9,966 nucleotides of DNA from a virus: UHGV virus genome UHGV-2186022, one strand, 5' to 3'. The notes below the pieces were generated by a model that saw nothing but the letters and a program-made list of their open reading frames with translations, made no database searches and was not told the DNA's origin. Below are positions 4,507-9,966 of this stretch, piece after piece (the first letter of the stretch is position 1; each line of letters starts with the position of its first letter). The translations under genes and the position numbers were made by a program.

Positions 4507-6321
4507 TTAATTTTTGCTGTCGTCATTTGTGACCGATGCACATGATGGCATCCAGTCTTCTGAATCCTCTGTCAGTGTCACATTTGAACGCAAACCGTGC
4601 TTCGTTTTCCGTTTTATATACTCCCTGCCATATTCCGCCATTGCCCCCGGCATATCTTTACCGAAGCGCGTCAGTGTTACAGGTTTACCGAATCCGTGTG
4701 CCCTCATATATGCCAGATAGGCGTGATAAAGATACCTGCGCGGACTGAACGGAATAATTTCGGCATTACCCACTAACAGACCATCACACATTACCGACGA
4801 CATGAGATAGCCACAGAAGTCCACCAGCGAATCGCCCTCGCGTTTTATCACCAGAGCTTCTTCTGATTTCTGCTGCTCATACAGCAGGCGTTTAGCTTCG
4901 TCCTGGTCAGAAAAACGAGTAAGCAGATGGCGAATCACAACCGCCAGCTCTCCTTCTATTTTTTCTGCCAGCATGGGGTCGCGCTCGTTCTCCGGTACAA
5001 CCTCCGAAAAATTGAATATCACCCGACGACGTGAGATCCCCCCGCTGCGGTCACTGAATGACATGGCGTTATTGTTCACCGCCAGCACGACCGCCTGAAT
5101 GCGTGTTGAGTAGGGGGCTTTATGCTTCGGGTCGATTGCCACCTTGTCACCGCCTGTAATGGCCTTAATTCCTGCGCCATCACCAGCGTAGCGGGTCATA
5201 TCCGGCATGATAATCAGCGAAAAGCCAACCACTAACGCGCGTTCCCTTGCATCTTCCAGCGCCTTCATGCTTGCCGATACTGTGTTGGCCTTACCCGCCA
5301 GCATGGTGCAAATCTCCGCCATCACGCTTTTACCACTTCCCCCTGGACCTGTTACCTCAATGAATAACTGCCAGTCGTACCGGTTCGCCAGCACCATGAA
5401 TAATGCAGCCAGCACGCGATCCGTCTTGCGGTCATTCTCTGCCACCGAGCAGCGTAACCACTTCCAGAAATTCGGCGCATGTGTTGCCAGCGTTTCCCCC
5501 TCTGCTGGTGGGCTGAAAGGTAATTCACTGGCAATTAACAACCAGTCGTTTTTGTTATGCTCCCGAAAATTACCTGTTCTGGTATCAAATACCCCGTTAC
5601 TGAATCCAATCAGGTTACGGGCTGTATTCCCCATTACAGGCAAACTTAACTTCATGGTATCGACCGCCGATTTAATGGCGTTCTGCGAATAGCTGATCTC
5701 CGCATCAATGAAAATCTGCGCCATAGCACGCTGTAACTCTTTATCCTGAATCGGCTCCCATACAACGCCGTTGTAATGGTGAACAGTGTCAGAGTCGGCA
5801 TGAATCGCCAGTTCACCGCCATAATGTGCCAGGAGAACTTCGCCGCGCTGGCTTGCTCCCATCTGGTTAAGCGCCAGTGGTGCGGCGCTGTCTTCTGTTT
5901 TTTTCTTAACAGGAAGCTGAATCACCAGACCATCAGAAAGATTCTGGCGCTCACGGGCCAGATATTCGCGCCAGTTCTGCACCTCCTGGCCGTGCATACC
6001 CTCAGGATAAAAATTTGCATCCTGTACGCCTGCCGCCGCCAGCTTCTGACCAATCGCCTTTATCATTACTGGCGCAAGATATCCGGCCCTGAATATGCGC
6101 ACGGATTTTCTGCCTTCCGGCACAATTTGCAGCTTATCCAGTTCGGATAACTGCTGCTCCCCAAGCCACACAGGAGGCTCATTATCTCCGGCCATACGCG
6201 CGTCATGTTCCTGCCATTGTTTTGCGTGTGACCAGGCATCACTACCCGCAAAAATAATGACTTCTGTTTCTTTGTGTTTTATGCCGCGTGACTGCTGTTT
6301 TACGTTCGGTGCCAGTTTCAT
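4507..6321 (-). CDS. primase-helicase, P4-alpha/D5 family C-terminal domain type (604 aa)
   Basis: ATG at 6321-6319 with AGGGGG SD; TAA at 4509-4507. Walker A GPGGSGKS within EVTGPGGSGKSVMAEICTMLAGK, and the overall layout is typical of satellite and plasmid primase-helicase proteins. Confidence 0.85.
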   Translation of the reverse strand: MKLAPNVKQQSRGIKHKETEVIIFAGSDAWSHAKQWQEHDARMAGDNEPPVWLGEQQLSELDKLQIVPEGRKSVRIFRAGYLAPVMIKAIGQKLAAAGVQDANFYPEGMHGQEVQNWREYLARERQNLSDGLVIQLPVKKKTEDSAAPLALNQMGASQRGEVLLAHYGGELAIHADSDTVHHYNGVVWEPIQDKELQRAMAQIFIDAEISYSQNAIKSAVDTMKLSLPVMGNTARNLIGFSNGVFDTRTGNFREHNKNDWLLIASELPFSPPAEGETLATHAPNFWKWLRCSVAENDRKTDRVLAALFMVLANRYDWQLFIEVTGPGGSGKSVMAEICTMLAGKANTVSASMKALEDARERALVVGFSLIIMPDMTRYAGDGAGIKAITGGDKVAIDPKHKAPYSTRIQAVVLAVNNNAMSFSDRSGGISRRRVIFNFSEVVPENERDPMLAEKIEGELAVVIRHLLTRFSDQDEAKRLLYEQQKSEEALVIKREGDSLVDFCGYLMSSVMCDGLLVGNAEIIPFSPRRYLYHAYLAYMRAHGFGKPVTLTRFGKDMPGAMAEYGREYIKRKTKHGLRSNVTLTEDSEDWMPSCASVTNDDSKN

Positions 6322-6605
6322 TTTTTACCCCCTGCGACCAGCATTTCACGAATTTTGCGGATATGACTTGCTGCACGTTTCTGATTTACGGCTTTACGAT
6401 GGCCCACCAGCGTGAAATCACGCCGGAACTGATAAACAGGCATCACGCAGTCATATTCGTAGCCATCACGGCGGTAAGTGATGCGCCGTTCTGCCACGCC
6501 TTTTATCGTTACCGTGCCGCCATAGTTATCCCGGAAAATATCGCCGGGGCGGATTTCAGGCCGAGCGGGGCCGCTGGCAGTAAAGCCAGAATTTTTATTT
6601 TTCAT
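6318..6605 (-). CDS. hypothetical protein (95 aa)
   Basis: ATG at 6605-6603; stop overlaps the primase start (ATGA). Weak SD. No family recognised. Confidence 0.55.
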   Translation of the reverse strand: MKNKNSGFTASGPARPEIRPGDIFRDNYGGTVTIKGVAERRITYRRDGYEYDCVMPVYQFRRDFTLVGHRKAVNQKRAASHIRKIREMLVAGGKK

Positions 6606-6610
6606 GGTTT

Positions 6611-6838
6611 TTATTCCGCGTTTATTTTTTTATCGTGAATTTCGATCGCTTTATTTAATTCGACGATTACCGTATCGAGTAATGAAATAAACGCACCAGC
6701 AAGATTAGACTCACGCTCATCTTCCGGCGCATCACTTAAACCATTAAGCCAGATAAGAAATATTTGCCTCAAACATTCACTGTTAGTCAGTGCGTTTTCT
6801 GCATGGCTCATTGATTTAAAATAACGGTCATCATGCAT
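6611..6838 (-). CDS. hypothetical protein (75 aa from internal ATG; track ORF extends to 6883)
   Basis: ATG at 6838-6836 with AAGGGG 7 nt upstream; overlaps the stop of the upstream gene by 8 nt. The longer form from 6883 has no comparable SD. Confidence 0.5.
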   Translation of the reverse strand: MHDDRYFKSMSHAENALTNSECLRQIFLIWLNGLSDAPEDERESNLAGAFISLLDTVIVELNKAIEIHDKKINAE

Positions 6839-7067
6839 GGTGCGCCCCTTGAATATCTGCGGTAAGAATTTTGCCTGCCTCATTCAGCGCCATATCAGCA
6901 CTAAGTTGCATAACAGCCAGTGAGTGAGGAACGAAAGCCCCGGCATATTCTGTTTCGCTGGTGGCGTGCTTATGCGCCTTGTCTGCGATAACAGAAATAT
7001 CAATCAGCGCGTGCATCAGCGTTTTGATGGCTTCGGCGGCTGCGTCCGGACGGGTGTTATTGCACAT
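6831..7067 (-). CDS. hypothetical protein (78 aa)
   Basis: ATG at 7067-7065 with AGGGGG SD; TGA at 6833-6831. No family recognised. Confidence 0.55.
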   Translation of the reverse strand: MCNNTRPDAAAEAIKTLMHALIDISVIADKAHKHATSETEYAGAFVPHSLAVMQLSADMALNEAGKILTADIQGAHHA

Positions 7068-7263
7068 GGCGTACCCCCTGACGAATACGGGCAGCGAATA
7101 CCATCACGCAGCCATCAGGAGATTGCTGACGCGCTTCCTGTTCGCTGGTGGCCTCAATGGTAATCACGCGCGGTTGTGCCGTGCTCAGGGCGATAAAACG
7201 CCAGATGTATTTATTCAGGTTGTACGAGTCCCGCCCTTGCGGGTGTGTGGTATGATTTCTCAT
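7057..7263 (-). CDS. hypothetical protein (68 aa), first gene of the operon ending in the primase
   Basis: ATG at 7263-7261 with GAGG 6 nt upstream; TAA at 7059-7057. It is the 3-prime part of the 316-aa track ORF; only this part has a credible start. Confidence 0.5.
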   Translation of the reverse strand: MRNHTTHPQGRDSYNLNKYIWRFIALSTAQPRVITIEATSEQEARQQSPDGCVMVFAARIRQGVRHVQ

Positions 7264-7360
7264 AGCTGCCTCGATACTTTCGCTATCGTTGGTGGTTAGA
7301 AGCCCGTTGGTGTTGGTAGCACCTGCGGGCTTTGTCTTTTCATCGATTACCTCAACAAAG

Positions 7361-7441
7361 GTGTCAGCCACTATACTAGTAACAGGTGTCAGCCACGTCA
7401 ATAGTGTTTTTCCATTTTCTTGTGTGTATACTGTCAGCCAC
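7361..7441. promoter_or_regulatory. triple direct-repeat operator in the divergent promoter region
   Basis: GTGTCAGCCAC at 7361-7371 and 7386-7396, TGTCAGCCAC at 7432-7441. TATACT hexamers abut copy 1 (7373-7378) and copy 3 (7426-7431). Lies between divergent starts at 7263 (minus) and 7463 (plus). Confidence 0.5.
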
Positions 7442-7462
7442 CTAATAACAAGGAAATCAGAT

Positions 7463-7642
7463 ATGGCAACGAAAGCAGTTAATGGAAAATCCAAAAAACT
7501 TGAGGCACGAGTCCCCCATGCAATAGCTGACGCTGTAGAAAATTTAAAGGAAGAAGGCGAAAGCACTGGGCAATTTATCGTTTCGGCACTTGAAGGCGAG
7601 ATCAAACGCCGCCAGCGCCGCAAGGCCAAAGAGCAGGAGTAA
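7463..7642 (+). CDS. small ribbon-helix-helix-like DNA-binding protein (59 aa), candidate regulator
   Basis: ATG at 7463 with AAGGAAA SD; TAA at 7640-7642. KLEARVPHAIADAVENLKEEGESTGQFIVSALEGEIKRR fits an RHH pattern (beta-strand LEARVP, helix A, G-x-S/T loop, helix B) with a basic tail. Fold assignment is by eye. Confidence 0.55.
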   Translation: MATKAVNGKSKKLEARVPHAIADAVENLKEEGESTGQFIVSALEGEIKRRQRRKAKEQE

Positions 7643-7684
7643 CCATCACCAGCGCCGTGGTGTAAGGTATTACGGCGCATTGCT

Positions 7685-7873
7685 ATGCAGGACAACACAA
7701 TGACCGATAAAGAATTGACCAAAACATTATCACCGGCACGGAAAAGACGGCGCAGAAAGATAGAGCATGAATCAGAAAGATTCGCGCCATGTGCTTTTGC
7801 CCTTGAGCAATTCCTTAAAGAGTACAGGGAAAAGCGCTCATTGCAGGTATGGCAACGAACTGAACCAGACTGA
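7685..7873 (+). CDS. hypothetical basic protein (62 aa; alternative ATG at 7700)
   Basis: ORF with RKRRRRK basic stretch; weak SD for either start; TGA at 7871-7873; followed by a terminator. Confidence 0.35.
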   Translation: MQDNTMTDKELTKTLSPARKRRRRKIEHESERFAPCAFALEQFLKEYREKRSLQVWQRTEPD

Positions 7874-7968
7874 TTGCATTGCCCACCAGCCTGATAGCGG
7901 CTATCATCCCCGTGCTTATGTTTGGGATCATATACACATAAGGCGCAGCGGGTTAATTGTTCAGAAAG

Positions 7969-7995
7969 GCGGCTCCATATCGGGGCCGCTTTTTT
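7969..7995 (+). terminator. rho-independent terminator between convergent genes
   Basis: Stem GCGGCTCC (7969-7976) and GGGGCCGC (7982-7989), 5-nt loop, TTTTTT (7990-7995). The alpA stop is at 8022 on the other strand. Confidence 0.6.
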
Positions 7996-8021
7996 CGTGT
8001 TTGTCATATCTGTGATACCCG

Positions 8022-8228
8022 TTAAGCAGCCGTTCCGCGTGCTTCCTGTTCGCGTTCTTTCTGCCAGGCCAACACATCATCCTCATACCATCCGCGACGG
8101 CGTAAACCAACGCGAAAACCCTGCGGAAATTCTCCGGCGTTGATCATGCTTTGCAGCGTGCTGTCTGCCTTGATGTGGATAATTTTTTTTACTTCCTGGC
8201 GAAAGATAATTTTTCTGATTGCTTCCAT
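8022..8228 (-). CDS. alpA: AlpA-family phage transcriptional regulator (68 aa)
   Basis: ATG at 8228-8226 with AAGG 9 nt upstream; TAA at 8024-8022. IIFRQEVKKIIHIKADSTLQSMINAGEFPQGFRVGLRRRGWYEDDVLAWQKER fits the AlpA/Vis HTH pattern (EV..STL...I..G.FP....G.R..GW.E..V..W). Position next to a P4-type integrase is typical. Confidence 0.8.
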   Translation of the reverse strand: MEAIRKIIFRQEVKKIIHIKADSTLQSMINAGEFPQGFRVGLRRRGWYEDDVLAWQKEREQEARGTAA

Positions 8229-8361
8229 CGTGATTTACCTTGTGAATCCGGTGTATTCCGGTGACAAATACGGTAAATCATCGGATATGGGTAAAAACAG
8301 TTCCCACCGTTTTTAAACGGTATACACCGTTTTTTATATTGATGATTTGAAATGGAATTAT

Positions 8362-8384
8362 AAAAAAAGCGGCATTTCTGCCGC
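8362..8384 (-). terminator. rho-independent terminator downstream of the int-proximal ORF
   Basis: Minus-strand hairpin GCGGCAGAAATGCCGC (8384-8369) followed by TTTTTTT (8368-8362). Confidence 0.7.
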
Positions 8385-8395
8385 TTCCAGGATTG

Positions 8396-8647
8396 TTACC
8401 GCCATTTTTTGGGCCTGCCTCCGATCTTCATAGATGCCGGACGTACGACCTTATCAATACTTACCGCCAGATTTCTGGAAGCGCCACGGGATACCAGAAA
8501 ATCTACTACCTGTTTTTTTGATGGGGCCGTCGTCCTGTCCTCCGGATCGTAGGTTGACCAAAATTCATGCTGAACCATCAGGGCCAGTTGCAGCCCGTCG
8601 CAATTGCATCTGATATTTTTTTGCATCTTAACGGTTTCATGTTTCAC
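8396..8647 (-). CDS. hypothetical protein (83 aa from GTG; 76 aa from ATG at 8626)
   Basis: ORF between int and alpA ending just before the 8362-8384 terminator. GTG at 8647 has AAGG upstream; ATG at 8626 lacks an SD. No family recognised. Confidence 0.4.
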   Translation of the reverse strand: MKHETVKMQKNIRCNCDGLQLALMVQHEFWSTYDPEDRTTAPSKKQVVDFLVSRGASRNLAVSIDKVVRPASMKIGGRPKKWR

Positions 8648-8724
8648 GGCCTTGTCGTTAAATTTGATGCAATTATACGACGGTTTTACATGGTTTTCGT
8701 AGTTTTTACTGGTTTTCTGTACAG

Positions 8725-9966
8725 CTACACGGCTCGGATACCCCTTTTACCACTGGCGAGGGTTACGCCCGTCGCCGCAGCCTCGACAAATTCGCCCCAC
8801 CAGCGCATCAGCACGATGCGTTTTTCTATGTAGTTGCTCCGGTTGTATGCCCGTCTAACTTCGTTGGTGTCGACGTGGGCAAGTGCCGCCTCTATTACGT
8901 CCGGCTCGAATCCTTCCTCGTTCGCTGCTGTGCTGAATATGGCGCGTAATCCATGAGACACCAGCACGCCAGCGAATCCCATACGCCGCAATGCTGCGTT
9001 AGCTGTCTGGCTGTTCATCGGCTGCTGTGGGTCTTTCAGACTTGGGAAAACGTAATTGCGGTGGTGGCTGATTGGTTTCATGGCCTCCAGCACCGCCATA
9101 GCCTGACCGGAAAGCGGGATAACGTGATCCCTGCGCATCTTCATGCGTCCGGCAGGTATCGTCCATTGCTTCGCGTCCAGGTTGATTTCATCCCACCGCG
9201 TTGATGACGCTTCGGCGGGACGGGTTACGGTCAGTAACTGCCATTCAATCAGTAATCTGGTCTGCCGTTCTGTTGCCGATACTGATAAAGCCTGCATAAG
9301 CTCGGGCAGCTGTTCGGGGCGGATTGTTGGCATATGTTTTTTTACAGGTGAGGGAAACGCCTTACGCACATTCATAGCCGGATTGGCATCAATCAGCCCA
9401 CTGTTGGCGGCGTAATCCATTACCTCATTAACGCGCTGTAAAACCCGTTTGAGTGTTTCCAGGTTGCCGCGCTCCTTGATGGGGGTAAGCACCTCAACGA
9501 ACCTGCGAGCGGTCAGGGTGTCTATTGGGGTGTTGCCGATGAACGGGAATACATATTTATCCAGCGATCGCCAGATGTCTTTAATCGTGTTGGGGGCCAG
9601 ATTCTGGCTGATTTTCACCTGGTACCATGCCGCCGCCACATTTTCGAACGTGTTCCCTTGTCTTCGGGCCTCTGCCTCTCGTTTTTTCTTCTCATGGCCC
9701 TGCGGGTCAGTTCCGGCACTGATTAACGCTCTGTACTCGCTACGGCGTTTTCTGGCATCAGCCAGGGAAACATCATCAAGCGATCCAAAACTCAGCAATA
9801 TTCTTTTTTTGTCCGATGGCCGGTAGTAGGAAAATCGCCAGAGTTTTGATCCGGACGGTTTGACCAGGAGAAAAAGCCCTCCGCCGTCCTGTAGGGTGTA
9901 TTCCTTTTCCGCTGGTCTGGCTGCTTTGATCTGCACCGTGGTTAATGGGGGTGTTTTTCTCGCCAT
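8725..9966 (-). CDS. int: tyrosine site-specific integrase, P4 type (413 aa)
   Basis: ATG at 9966-9964 (window edge); TAG at 8727-8725. N-terminus LTTVQIKAARPAEKEYTLQDGGGLFLLVKPSGSKLWRFSYY is the characteristic P4-integrase arm-binding region. C-terminal catalytic elements present: TVTRPAEA (Arg), HGLRAIFSTAA (H-x-x-R), HVDTNEVRRAYNRSNY (Tyr region). Confidence 0.95.
   Translation of the reverse strand: MARKTPPLTTVQIKAARPAEKEYTLQDGGGLFLLVKPSGSKLWRFSYYRPSDKKRILLSFGSLDDVSLADARKRRSEYRALISAGTDPQGHEKKKREAEARRQGNTFENVAAAWYQVKISQNLAPNTIKDIWRSLDKYVFPFIGNTPIDTLTARRFVEVLTPIKERGNLETLKRVLQRVNEVMDYAANSGLIDANPAMNVRKAFPSPVKKHMPTIRPEQLPELMQALSVSATERQTRLLIEWQLLTVTRPAEASSTRWDEINLDAKQWTIPAGRMKMRRDHVIPLSGQAMAVLEAMKPISHHRNYVFPSLKDPQQPMNSQTANAALRRMGFAGVLVSHGLRAIFSTAANEEGFEPDVIEAALAHVDTNEVRRAYNRSNYIEKRIVLMRWWGEFVEAAATGVTLASGKRGIRAV

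Noticed and set aside
4514-6638. Plus-strand ORFs inside and beside the primase gene (for example 5207..5692, 5776..6150, 6095..6415, 6288..6638)
   Set aside because: All are antisense to well-supported minus-strand genes with overlapping coupled starts; none has a convincing SD or recognisable protein features.
7463-7873. RHH gene plus downstream 62-aa ORF as a toxin-antitoxin pair
   Set aside because: The downstream ORF is short, highly basic, has weak translation signals and no recognisable toxin fold; spacing and context fit a regulator and an accessory ORF better. Not supportable from sequence alone.
7057-8007. 316-aa minus-strand track ORF spanning the divergent promoter region
   Set aside because: It runs antisense through the well-supported plus-strand RHH gene and the operator repeats, and has low-complexity Ser/Cys/Arg-rich composition. 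Only its last 68 codons (7057-7263) have a credible ATG and SD, so only that part is called.
1-9966. Searched by eye for tRNA, rRNA, transposase, IS inverted repeats and recognisable anti-phage defence genes
   Set aside because: No cloverleaf-like tRNA, no long non-coding conserved-looking stretch and no large ORF with nuclease, ATPase or other defence-like motifs apart from the primase-helicase were seen. The small unknown ORFs cannot be assigned to defence on present evidence.

Overview
This window looks like the interior of a phage-satellite-like mobile element (PICI/P4-like island); all calls are by eye from the six-frame track and recalled reference sequences (lambda genome ends, Nu1, gpD, gpE, E. 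coli SSB), with no database search run. Nearly all genes are on the minus strand. From right to left: a P4-type tyrosine integrase (8725-9966; its start codon is the last base of the window, so att and the host flank lie beyond 9966), a small ORF, an AlpA-family regulator, a divergent small RHH-like regulator with a triple-repeat operator, four coupled small ORFs ending in a P4-alpha/D5-type primase-helicase (4507-6321), an iteron origin (4271-4494), an SSB-like two-gene operon, and a lambda-like head operon (major capsid E homolog 1932-2987, decoration D homolog 1585-1920). At the left is a packaging locus: a Nu1-like small-terminase gene (562-996) bracketed by two inverted lambda-type cos sites (cosN 12-mers at 347-358 and 1086-1097), with a third degenerate cos/terminator copy at 3505-3592. 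No rRNA, tRNA, CRISPR array, transposase or recognisable defence system is visible. The most interesting signals are the twin inverted cos sites, the non-lambda repeat set in the cosB position, and satellite-encoded E/D capsid homologs without portal, protease or large terminase in the window.
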